A DNA stretch of 63,038 bases, filler included, from Cercozoa sp. M6MM (lineage: Eukaryota; Protista; Endomyxa: Ascetosporea), in the NCBI GenBank assembly GCA_040357565.1. It is 5 parts of 5 records of this genome, joined end to end, with 100 filler letters (N's around TTAATTAATTAA, not from the genome) between each part and the next. Parts side by side here need not be neighbours in the genome. Positions count along the whole stretch, not along the records: positions 42,232 to 46,799 come from JBDODJ010001105.1; positions 46,900 to 54,664 come from JBDODJ010000598.1; 3 more parts are not named here. One strand, 5' to 3'. A model generated the notes under the pieces. That model ran no database searches, was not told the DNA's origin, and saw nothing but the letters and a program-made list of their open reading frames with translations. Below are positions 42,305-53,460 of the stretch, piece by piece (the first letter of the stretch is position 1; each line of letters starts with the position of its first letter). The translations under genes and the position numbers were made by a program.

Positions 42305-44722
42305 CACCAGCATCGAGAGTGTCGTTGCTGACCGAAGGCAGTGCCGAGAACAGCAGGCGCACTTGCTCGGACAGCGTGGCGTGCAGCAGGTCACTCTGAC
42401 GCACGACCTGCGCGGCGCCCGAACGCAGCTGCGTGGCCACGCGGATCTGCTTCTCCAGTGTCATGGCGATGCGTCGGATCTAGGCAGGGATGTCGGGATA
42501 CACAGCGGGGGGGGGGGGGGGTACAGAACTACGTAGAAAGGTAGGTAGGTAGGGGTAGATAGGTAGGGGTAGGTAGGTAGGGGTAGGTATGTAGGGGGTA
42601 GGAAGGTTAGGCAGGTAGGTAGGTAGGTAGGTAGGTAGGCAGGTCGGTCATACATAAATACAACATAAATACAACATACATACATACGTACACAAAAATA
42701 CATCCACATACATACATATACATAATACATACACACAAATACATACACATGGATACATACACATAAATACATACGCATAAATACGTCTATTAATAATGGG
42801 AGGGTAAAGGGTACAGCTTCGGTGTCAACAGTAGGTTCCACAGTTTCTGCCGTCGAAGATTCACCTTCTATGGGGGTGGGGGGGGGGGGGGGGGTAAACA
42901 GGGGGGTAAACAAGGGGTAACAGGGGGGGGGGGGTAAACAAGGGGGCAAAGAGCAGAGGTACCGCAGGCCAAGGCGAGAGCGAGCGAGACGGCAGCGTCC
43001 AAATAGACGCCCGTCGTGTCCTCGCGATCGGCGTGCCAGCGCACAAAGATGTCCCTGCCGAGTCGCTGAAAGGCGGGCCACTTGCTGGTCTCCCTGTCCC
43101 TGTCCGTGTCCGTCTGGACCTTCTCGTCCGTGTCGGCGGCCACCACAAAAATTCCCACGTGCGCTGCTCTGTTCTTCCTGGCCTGGGGTAGGGGGTAAGG
43201 GGGTAGAAGGTAAAGGGATAGGGATAGGAGTAGGGTAGGGGGTAGGGGTAGGGTAGGGTAGGGGCAGGGTAGGGGTAGGGGGTAGGGGCCTGCAGGGGTA
43301 GGGGCAGGGTAGGGGTAGGGGTAGGGGGTAGGGGGGTAGGGGGTAGGGGTAAGGAGTAGGAAGGGTAGGTACCTCACGCATCTCGTCCAAAGCGCGCGCC
43401 ATATTGTAGCTGCGATCGGCCTTGGCTTCCACGACGATACGCCGGTCCGACTGCTGTCCGTCCGCGCGGACGCGAATGACAGCATCGCCCTTGAGGCAGC
43501 GCGGAAGCAGACCGGGCGTCTGACCCGTCTCCTGCACGACGCCGATCTGCCGCGCCGCCACCACTCGTCGCAGTCGCTCCAGCAGCTGCTCCTCGAACCG
43601 CAGTCCGTGCAGCGTCGAGCGTTTCTCCAACTCGACGCGCTGCCGCTCGCGCTGCTGCTGCGCCGACACCTGCGAGGGGGGGGGGGTAAATAGCAAGGTA
43701 AATAGCAAGGTAAATCGCAAGGTAAATAGCAAGGTATATAGCAAGGTAAATAGGGAAGTTATAAAGGGGGAAAACACGGGGGGGGGGTGAATAAGAAGGT
43801 ATAGGAAGGTAAATATGGTGTGAATAAGAGTGTGAACATGGGTGTAAACAGGAGTGTAAACAGGGATGTGAACAGGGATGTAAACAGGGGTGTAAACAGG
43901 GGTGTAAACAGGGGTGTGAACAGGGAGGTAAACAGGGGTGTGAACAGGGGTGTGAACAGGGGTGTGACCTCATTGCGCAGTGCCTCGACGGCAGCGCGCG
44001 CATCCTGCACGGCCAGGAGGACCTGACTGCGCTGCAGCGAGACGCCCTCCTGGAGACGCCGTTCGACGTCGGCGACCTGGCGACGCGCCTCGGCGAGCTG
44101 CTGCTGCAGCTGCTCATCGCTCTGGCGGCCCAGGTCGGCCTGCCGCACCAGCAGAGTCTCGGCACTCGCGATACGCTGCTGCACCACGGTCTCGCTGGAG
44201 TGCACCTTGTGTTCCAAGGTTTCCACGGCACGTAGCGTGGCCTGCAGTCGCTCCAGCAGGTCCGCGTTGGCTACGCCGGCCGCCGAGGCCACGGCCGTGC
44301 TGAGACGCGGAATCACACCGCTCTCGTCCGACGTACTGGTCAGCTCGCGTCGGAAGGCCGCCAGCTGCTGCTGCACCGTCAGTGTCACCTCCTTCTGCAG
44401 TGCGTCCACGTCCACCTGCGACTGCACCGTCTGCAACAAACATGCGCTAGTCAGCGTCATCAACGATCATGATCACAGACATACACACATGTCCACCCGA
44501 ACATACCTGCAGTGCCAGCACGCCCAGTCGCAGTGCACGCGTCGCGTACTCCACCTGCTCCGTCTCGTCCAGTTTCTCTAGCACGCGGATCACCTCCGGG
44601 TCCCGCACCGTCAGCGACAGCGCAATCGCGTCCGGCCGGCCGCCGGTTGACGCCGACGACGAGAAACGCACGCTGCCGCGCAGAAAACTCACTCGGACCG
44701 ACGGCCGAACCACACGCAACAT
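42305..44722 (-). CDS. Coiled-coil + PD-(D/E)xK nuclease-fold protein (RmuC/DUF2130-like architecture) with putative mitochondrial presequence; extreme 3' end lost at spacer
   Basis: N-terminus MLRVVRPSVRVSFLRGSVRFSSS; coiled coil; STLHGLRFEEQL...TGQTPG...KGDAVI...IVVEAK...ALDEMRE/ARKNRAAHVGIFV. About 6 GT-AG introns. Confidence 0.72.
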
Positions 44723-45037
44723 CGTCCAGATTGTATATCTACACTAAAATACACACAGATATGCGGGTGGCACGTGCTGTGGACAGCTCTAGTGCTCACA
44801 GCAGACAAGGATTCTTTTTGACCAGCAATCCCGCCATTTTCTTTGCCGTACACATTCGCCTGAGCCATTGTTTTACACTATTGCGAAGAACGCACTACCC
44901 CATGGCCACACTGAGTTATAGACGCGAATAACTGAAGGAGCGAGTGGATATTTCTTCCAAGAGTAATGAGAACTTTTTTCAGGCTGTGCAATTCAGTTCA
45001 TCAGTGTTTCGTGGGATGCGGTGAAACCTGACGTAAA

Positions 45038-45613
45038 TTAACGCAGGCGGCGGGCCTCACGCTCCGACTCCATGAGAGCCAGGATGTCGCCCTTGCGGAC
45101 CGGACCCTTGACGTTACGCGTGATGACGCGCTCCTTTCCGCGCAGCTGGGCGCGCACCTGTTGACGCAACAAACGCACCACATGAAAAACCAAGAACCAG
45201 TCCCAGCCAACCCAACACATCCCACACAAACAAAATCACAACAGCCAAAGCGTGCAGCACAAAATGCCCCTGAACAAAAATGCCAGGAAAATGACACAAA
45301 CGGGCACAACTCGCGATCGAGACGATCTCGAGACCCAGGGCCATAATTCGTCAGGGGCGTGCTTTTGCTGTTTCGTCTAGCGAGAGTTGCGAGCAGTCCT
45401 GGTTACCTGCGTGACACCACCGCGCGAGCCCGTGCGGTTGAGCACCTCAACGACCTCAGCGAGCGTAACCTCGGCGAGCTGTTGCTCCGTCTCCGTCTTG
45501 TCAGCCTGCTCAGCACAACATCGAAATATCTCACCAAGGAGACGCAAAATCGCGCGGCCCGCAAAAAACGCGATACAGGCGCATTTTGACATTAGTGGAG
45601 GACAACGCACCAT
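45038..45613 (-). CDS. RPS28: 40S ribosomal protein S28 (eS28), 3 exons (first exon is ATG only)
   Basis: [24 protein letters not shown]...[28 protein letters not shown]. Confidence 0.97.
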
Positions 45614-45753
45614 TGTGAAAAAGTCTTTGCACTCCAAAAGGACGTGTGCGCCGATTTTGTATTTTTTGTATTTTTCGTATATTTCAGAGCGCCGTACCGA
45701 TCAGGTTGAGCTTTTCGTGTCGCAGCGTGAGCACTGTGTAAGTCCGCGCCGTG

Positions 45754-46522
45754 ATGTCTCTCGTTTCCAGAGGCTGCCGTGTCGCTGTGCGTCGTGCGGT
45801 AGAGATTGCTTTTTTTGTAAATTGTGATTGTGTCATTGTGCCATGTGGGATATCTTGGTGTGCGCAGCGTGCAGGCGTGCGTTTGGTGTCGCTTGGCGAA
45901 AATGACAGTGTGCCAAAGCAAGCTCAGGTAGCTTTTGCTCGATTTACCTGCGAAAATACGAGAAAATGGGGATATGTGTGTGCGCAGTTGATGTCGACGC
46001 CGCGTGCAGTGTCCCAAGAGTCGGTGCTGGATGTGGCCCACCAAATTCCGGGTGTGTTCGCGTCGACTTTGCTGGACATGGTGCCCTTCTGGATCAGCAA
46101 GGTCGAGATCGAGCATGGCGAGCTGGTACCACTTTTGTCTGACTGCGTTTCTCCCTCCCTGTCTCTCTCCCTTCCTCTCTCTTTCTCTCTCTCTGCACAC
46201 GCAGCTGTTGGTTGTGTGTAGCACGTGCACTGTGAGCACAAGCACCTGGTGCAGCTGGTAGCGCCAACTTTTCTCTGTCTGTTGTTGTGTGGCATCTGGC
46301 GATTGCTGCTTGAGTAGACAAAGTTCCTGCGCGACAACACGTTGACGCAGTACAAGATGATGGTTGACATGACCGCTATCGACAGACCCGAGAGGGAGGT
46401 ACCCTTCAGCCCTTTCGTTTGTCTGTCTGTTTGTATGTCTGGCCACATCACTCATATAATTTGGGTCCGAGCAGAAGCGTTTCGAGCTGGTGTACATCCT
46501 CCGCAGGTGCCCTAGCTTTGCC

Positions 46523-46572
<50 letters not shown>

Positions 46573-46694
46573 TAAGGTAACACGAGTATGCGACTCTGTG
46601 TGTGTGTAGCATCGTGCACAACTCGGTGCTGTACGTCCATACGAACTGCGGTGAGGCCGAGCCGGTCGACTCGCTGACGCCGCTGCACAACTCG
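45754..46694 (+). CDS. NDUFS3: Complex I 30-kDa subunit (NDUFS3/Nad9), nuclear-encoded with presequence; 3' end lost at spacer
   Basis: Spliced: ...PFWISKVEIEHGEL...KFLRDNTLTQYKMMVDMTAIDRPERE/..RFELVYILR/SIVHNSVLYVHT...EPVDSLTPLHNS, matching the Nad9 FLRD...D.TAVD.P....RFE.VY.LLS pattern. Arg-rich N-terminus MSLVSRGCRVAVRRA/RAGVRL. Confidence 0.85.
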
Positions 46695-46747
46695 GTGCGT
46701 GTTGTGTCTCTCGCCGAGTGCTCTTGTGTGTGTGTGTGTGTGTCTGT

Positions 46748-46799
<52 letters not shown>

Positions 46800-46899
46800 N
46801 NNNNNNNNNNNNNNNNNNNNNNNNNNNNNNNNNNNNNNNNNNNTTAATTAATTAANNNNNNNNNNNNNNNNNNNNNNNNNNNNNNNNNNNNNNNNNNNN
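46800..46899. other. Artificial contig-joining spacer
   Basis: 44 N + TTAATTAATTAA + 44 N. Confidence 0.95.
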
Positions 46900-47114
46900 T
46901 TTTTTTTGTTATTGGTCCGCGGACCAATTGAGAGGGCAAATTAAAACAATTTACAGGTCACGCCTCTTTGATCAAACCGAGTGCTCAGCGCGCGGCGTGT
47001 AAGGTATGAGCTTGTGTGGTGCTATTGGTGTGGTGATCACTGCCCAGACTGTGCATAATTTCAATGAAGTTGTTGACCCGCCAAGTTGTTCTGTGCAGTC
47101 TTGCGGACAGTAGT

Positions 47115-50097
47115 ATGTCGAGTGTAAGTGGCACTGCGGGCGTTGAACCTGCGCATCGCGAGCGCGTTCAACATTATTTGCGTGCGGACCTGAAAAACTT
47201 GTACAATCAATTTATGGTTATTCACCTAAACTAAAAGTGGTGCATGTTTGCACACATCAGCTCATTGAAACAACTTTACGACCTCGGGTTCAAAAATGCT
47301 GCGGAAGGCAAGCGACTGTGGAAGTCAGGTCAGTTGTTGCTGGCACGTCGGCACTTCCAACAAGCTGGTACATTTGTGTTTATTTTGTGTTTCTGCTTTG
47401 TGTTTGCATATTTGCCCCGGATCCGCGCGTAGTTGACGTCTTCTTACAAACGCACCACAAAGAAAAAAATCCCAAGTCAAGAGCACTCGTCCGACGTGAG
47501 GTGATAACGCTTTGTTTATTTAGACCTTGTTGACTGACCGGTTTTTTGAAGGTTCACAAAATGATTGACCGCGCGGAGCAACTGGAGCGCATTCTTGCTT
47601 TCAAAGTACTGTTTAATGCTGAAAACGTCAAACAGTCCCAAAACATAACTTTTTAGGTCCCAGAGGCAATTTTGCGAGAACGTGCTGCATTCCTTGGCGA
47701 TGGTACTATTTCTGCTGTGCTGTTCTTCAGTTTCAATTTTTCTTACTTTTGACACACAGAATTCAGTCGTGCTGAGGGAAAATTGTTTCCCGACGCTCCA
47801 TGCAATCGTGAACATCTTCAGAAACACCGGTAATCTATTGTTAAGCATATACAGAGTGACTGAGACGTTGAGAGACACTTGATTTTTAGTAGCACGCGCC
47901 GAGCGAACATGTCATCCGATTCGTCATCATCACTGCTGTCGCGGATGTCGACAGTGAGTCTGCAAAACGCTAGTGTCGATGCTCACAGTGACGATGATGG
48001 TACCGGGTGTACATTAGACCAGCTGCTAATCGGTCAATAAGCTGTGTGTTAAAGAGCAAGAGGAATTCGTTGTGACCAAGGTCGATTACACTGCGCAAGG
48101 ATCGACAGAACTCTCGGTACCCCTCATTCCTTTTTTAGTTGTTTGTGTCCATCGAACATTTGTTCAACAGTTCAAACAAGGCGAGAAACTATTATTACGT
48201 CGTCGTGATCCTTCTGGCTGGTGTCTCGGTGTCTCTGCTTCTGGTCAAGAGGGCTGGTTCAGGTACGACTGACTCCGGTTGAAGTTCACGGTTACAATCC
48301 GTATATTGTCTACGCAACAGTGCTGGCCTGGTGGAAGCCGAGAAGGCACCAAACTCGACTGAAACAACGCCGAAAGTACCAAAGAAACACAACGAAACCA
48401 ACGTCAGTCAAAACAATCACATCAGCATAGTCAGCGAAGAACTGGAGAACACTTCAATATCAGCAACACCAACAAGAACAACAACAGCAACAACAAGAAC
48501 AACAACAGCAACAAGAACAACAACAGCAACAACAAGAACAACAGAAGCAAAGAAACCAAGTGAGACTGAAGCATTCGCGCAATCCTCCGAGAAACTGCAG
48601 AAAGCAATCGAAGAAATCCTCGTGTCGGAGCGCAAATACCTCGGCTACCTCAATCAGCTCAATCACAAGTACGTACAGAAGTGCTTGCGTGACGGGATTC
48701 TCAATCAAGACGAAATTCGACTCGCATTTCCGTCGCTTCAGGTACTGTTTTTTGGGGTTTTGTTTCCTCTTTTAAAATACAAAGTGAAGAATGTTTGATG
48801 TTTTTGCAACACTGCAGGAACTCATTGCATTGCACGCCAAAATCCTCAACGATCTCGAAGAAACGCCGGATCGCCCTCACCTTGTACTTTAATCTTGAAG
48901 ACTTTTTAGAGTTGAAAACATATTCAAAAATAACTTTCGCAGGTGCTGCAACGGTATGCGCCGTTCATGGCGATGTATTCGTCCTTTATCAATTCCTTTC
49001 CGACCGCTAAGGAGACGCTCGAAAAGTACTCCATGTTTTCACCTTTTGAACTGAATGAAAGTGTCATGTTGCCGCAGACTGAAGCAAACTAGGCCACCGT
49101 TTGCCACATTGCTAGAGGACTCGCCTGGTAAATAGTCGCATTTTTGGCAAACAGGCCTGTTTTGTTTATGGTTAAACTTGAAATAGGCGAGTTGGATTCA
49201 TTGCTTATTATGCCTGTGCAACGCATTCCACGCTACGAGTTACTGCTGCGTGAGGTGGCACGTCACTCAGACGATCAGCAGGTGAACGGAGCACTCGAGG
49301 TTGTCAAGAAAGTCGCATGCAAAGTCAACGAAAGCAAGCGCAGTTTCGAGTCAGGTAGCAGCTTTTCTTCCCATGTGTATTCCATGTCAAAATAATCAAG
49401 TTCGTGAGTTAATGCAGGAGAGAAACTCGGCGAAATTCGACGAAGAACGAAAGGAACTTACGGCATTGCGTTGTTCGACAATTTCATTCGACCTGGTGCC
49501 CTGTGTTTTATAATTATAGAGTTTCATTATGTCAACACGGTTTTGTAGGACGCCGTGTGTTGCGCGACGAAGAGGTCTGCGAATGGAAGGTCTCCGGCAA
49601 CGCGAAGCCGCGCCTGCTGGTGCTGCTGTCGGACGTTCTCATGTGGCAGCGCACTGATGGTACACCTTGTTACTCGACGCCCTCATCTGGCGCCATCTTA
49701 CCTCCTTCTGCAGGCAGCTACAGAGGCAGTATCAAGGTGTCGCACATCGTGTCGCTGCTCAACGTCGATGCCTCGTCTGTCGATAAGTTCGGTCTCTTGA
49801 TTACGGCTCAGGTGCGCTACTGCCCTTTAACTCTTGTGCTCCTCTTTACCTCGACCTCATTCCGAAAGGTACCGCGACCAGACGGCAGTGTCACGCTAAA
49901 CTATGTGCGACTTGCCTTTGCTTCGGAAGCACAACGTTCCTCATGGTACCACGGGCATGACTGTAACTGTTGAGGATTGCTGCATGTGTCCTGATGAGAT
50001 TAGGGTGGAAGACATTGAAGCTGCGCAAGCACAGCAGCGGCAGCTGCGACAACGTCAAAGTATGACACGTCTGCCTTCCAGCGCCAGCTTGCAGTAG
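47115..50097 (+). CDS. SH3 + RhoGEF (DH) + PH domain protein, with possible N-terminal helical (MIT/TPR-like) region
   Basis: SH3: VDYTAQGSTELS/FKQGEKL...DPSGWCLG...GQEGWF. DH: IEEILVSERKYLGYL and LDSLLIMPVQRIPRYELLLREV. PH: PRLLVLLSDVLMW. Attachment of 47115-47900 to the same gene is inferred. Confidence 0.85.
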
Positions 50098-50391
50098 TCG
50101 CGATCGGATGCGGACCGCGTGTATGTAAACTTAGCGTAGCGTAGTCGAGTTTCCCTGTACGGTCCTGGGGCGAGTCGCAAGCGTACGGCCGTAATCCACC
50201 GCGCCACCACCAAATTACGTTAAACACGCACAGACAAGCATACGATAGATATTTGAGCCACCGCCGCCTTCGTGGTGGCCTAGGCTAGCTATATCGCAGC
50301 TGATTTTTCTTCGTACACCGCTCTCGTGCTGGCATGCTGCGCTGGTATCTCGTCTGGGCATGGTCGAAGTACTTAAACGGAGCACGTCTGT

Positions 50392-50598
50392 ACGGGCCAG
50401 AAGTTCGAGGACAACCCGCACTTCGTGAAGACGGGCGACGCCGCCATCGCTCAGATCGTGCCGTCGAAGCCGATGTGTGTCGAGTCGTTCATGGAGTACT
50501 CGCCGCTCGGCCGCTCCGCCGTGCGTGACATGCGCCAGACGGTTGCTGTCGGTGTCATCAAGACCGTCCAGAAGAAGGAGTACGGCAAGCGCAAGTAA
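50392..50598 (+). pseudogene. EEF1A: Isolated 3' fragment of elongation factor 1-alpha
   Basis: [68 protein letters not shown]. No upstream EF1A exons. The conserved GRFAVRD reads GRSAVRD (TCC at 50515). Confidence 0.85.
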
Positions 50599-50939
50599 TT
50601 GTGTCGGCTGACTGTTGATTTTGTTCCCTAACAGCTTATTTTGTTTGAAACATCCGTTGCACAATCGCGCGGGTGCGAGTGGCAGCGATGCTGAATTTGC
50701 GTTTTTTGCTTGGTGGATGGGTTTCCATGGACTTCATCTGCTTGGCATCAACTGGTCAGTTGCTCTGCAGTTTGTACTGATATCCACCTCTGCAAGTATG
50801 CATTGGCTGCTGTAGAGAGACGGTTTTTTAATATTCTCGTTCTCACGATTTTCCCCGTGGCGGAACATTCCGTCTACAATTCCGTCTAGTTTGACGTAAG
50901 AACCTAGTTGGGTCACGTCGCTTTTACAAACTGAATCCT

Positions 50940-52945
50940 ATGATTCCCTCGCTTCGTCTAGTTGCGTTCTTTTCACTGGATTCGCTGGAGCGCAGTGACA
51001 CCATGGATAGACGATAGCTACGCTAGTTCGTGCTCAACTTGGCCATGGCTAGCGCTCGACGGGGTGGTAGCGTGAAAGACGCTGCAAGACTCAATGGTTG
51101 AGAGCACACGTTGCATAACCTGGTTGTGTGCAGGTTCGAGCTCGTCTGGAACACAGCAAAAAGAGAAACCCCAGTAACTAATATTAGCATCGGGTGGGCA
51201 GACAGAGCGATGGTGTACAGTTGCGTAACACAAAGAGCACGTAGCGACGAAAGTGTTGAAGCGAAATTCCGGCACATGACCGGAGAACCACCTAAGGGTA
51301 ACAACTAGGGAGAAAGCGAACTCAAACAAATCCACGAAAACAATACCTCCAGGTGTTTCCACATGTCTTGCCGATCCCTGTGCTGACCGGATTCATCGTT
51401 GTCACTGTCGAAACAAGGCGCAATACACGGGTAGATCTCGCGTTGCAATTCGCAAAACACGCGTTCGAACATGAGGTCCACATTGTGTCTCGTTGACCTG
51501 TGGATTGGGCAATTAAAGAAACGCAACAACATTCAAAAGAAGGCTGAAGGATACCAGTTGCGGTTGACACTGATGGTGATGTTGGACAGGTTGTGCACCT
51601 GATGCCACCAATTAGATGGCACAAACACAACGTCGCCCGGGAGTTGCAGCAGCGCATAACAGTGTCGCAGCACAGTAGGACACTTCCAAACATTGGTAAT
51701 GCCAGTGACATCGATGTCATTGTCACTGTCGCTATCGAGACGACTCTGCAAATCCGGCGGTGCAAAGAGCCATAACTTCTGACCTCGTATCTGGGCACTC
51801 CACTGCACATGTACATACTTCTCTCTATATTTCTTCTGTCATATTGTGAGACAACGGTACCGAAAACGAGCCAATGACGTCTCGATGGAAAGGCGTAAAC
51901 GAGTCCTTCTCGCCGCAGTACGCAAAGCGAAAGTCGTCCTTCTGACTCTTATTTGGATCGAAGGTTTCAAGTGCAAGGTTTCCCGGCTCGCTGCCTACCG
52001 TTCTATCGATCAGCGTCATATATACGCACGTTAATGCATGCAAAATTAAGATTAACCAATACCTCCAGAAGTGGTCCATCCAGTCTTCTGGAATAAAAAA
52101 GGGTTCGCCGATGTCGTCGCTGACAAAAAACGAATAAAGAAGATCAGAAAAGTTGTTAGCTCATTTACCACGTGTAGTCAGTTTCTCGTTCCAAATGAAA
52201 ATCCTTCAGGTAAAGTATCCTTTTGTCACCCACTTCAAAGTGAAACTCGCGTCCCTCTTCTGTGTACTGAAACTAAGAAAGCACGCAGCAACTGGAGCAC
52301 CAACGATGAAAATGTACCCAACTGATCGAGGTTATCAAACAGTGCTTTTACATGCTTGATTGCTTGAACCAGTGAGGTGATTTCAGCAATCTCGTTTGTG
52401 CTTGTGTTGCGACGACTTTTGTGTCGCATGTGCTCGAAAAACTGTCGAACAGGCGCTGTGCCTCTCAGCGATTCGCCTTCGTAGCCACCTATTCGTAAAT
52501 GTCTCCCATTCCCTTTAACGACATTGAAGTTACAAAAAAACGGAGGAAGGTACCATTCTGCTCAAAACACGACACGACCGGCGCTTTAAGGTCTGTCAGA
52601 TGTCAGAAATACACGAGAACAATAGTAGGGCAAGACTGCAGTATTGAATTGAGATACCTCCGCATCGTTGGATCAGTTTGTCCAGATCGGCCCACTCTTG
52701 GAGTGCTCGCCACTCGGAACAACCTGACCACAACTGACAGTCCAAGCATGAAACATAGTGTGTGTAACAACTGCACTACCATCGGAAACGACAACGGGAA
52801 GATTTGGTTCGATGAACTCGCGCACGAATTTTGAAGTGCCGCGAAAGGACGCTGCTGCCTCGCGTCGGATTTGTCTTTCAGCCAGTTTCGCGACGATTTC
52901 CCCGTCCTCTGCGGCTGCCACGAAGTCTTTGTAGCTTCTGTTCAT
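50940..52945 (-). CDS. JMJD4: JmjC-domain 2OG/Fe(II) oxygenase, JMJD4-like
   Basis: FVREFIEPNLPVV, YLKDFHL, DWMDHFW, DFRFAYCGEKDSFTPFHRDVIGSFS/WSAQIRGQKLWLFAPP, QLPGDVVFVPSNWWHQVHNL..TISVNRNW. Ends approximate. Confidence 0.85.
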
Positions 52946-53460
52946 ACACACGACATGTACCAGGAAAACCAAGGCATGTTCAAAAAAAAAAAAGATCGAT
53001 CAGACCTCGGGCGCGCATGAAATGTAGGTTCACTCTGCGGCCAGAGTCGCCCCATTTTGGAATTGACACGCAATGACACACGTTGAAAGAGCAATACACT
53101 AAGCTCAGTTTGTTTTAATTTTTTTCGAGTCTGGCGCTCAGCCAACCTCGAATCGTTTTGAGCATTATTTGTGTGCACGGGGCTTAGGGATGCTGCCATC
53201 CACAGAATCGGTGGCGTTCCAGCGTCTTCAGGATGGCTTTGATATGTCGGACGAGTCTTCGTATATTTGATCGCACTCTGCGCACGTGTTGCGTATTCGT
53301 GTATTTGTCTGTTTGTGTGATTGAAACAGCGTGCAGCACCAGTTGGAAATTGACACGACAAACGACGCGAACTTTGCGCGTGGTGACACCGTCGTCCTCA
53401 ATGTAGGCCCTGCTTGAACCAGTTCAGTTCTACCCATCTACCCCTTCCGTGTTGTAGAAA

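Noticed and set aside
43190-43370. Telomere or interstitial telomeric array
   Set aside because: Irregular GGGTA units confined within a GT-AG intron; not a homogeneous telomeric repeat.
40256-44722. COQ8 next to the mitochondrial nuclease as a functional cluster or fusion
   Set aside because: They are separated by an artificial spacer, so the adjacency is unsupported.
45500-45615. Non-canonical splice donor at the RPS28 start
   Set aside because: Resolved by an upstream ATG|GTGCGT canonical donor at ~45610.
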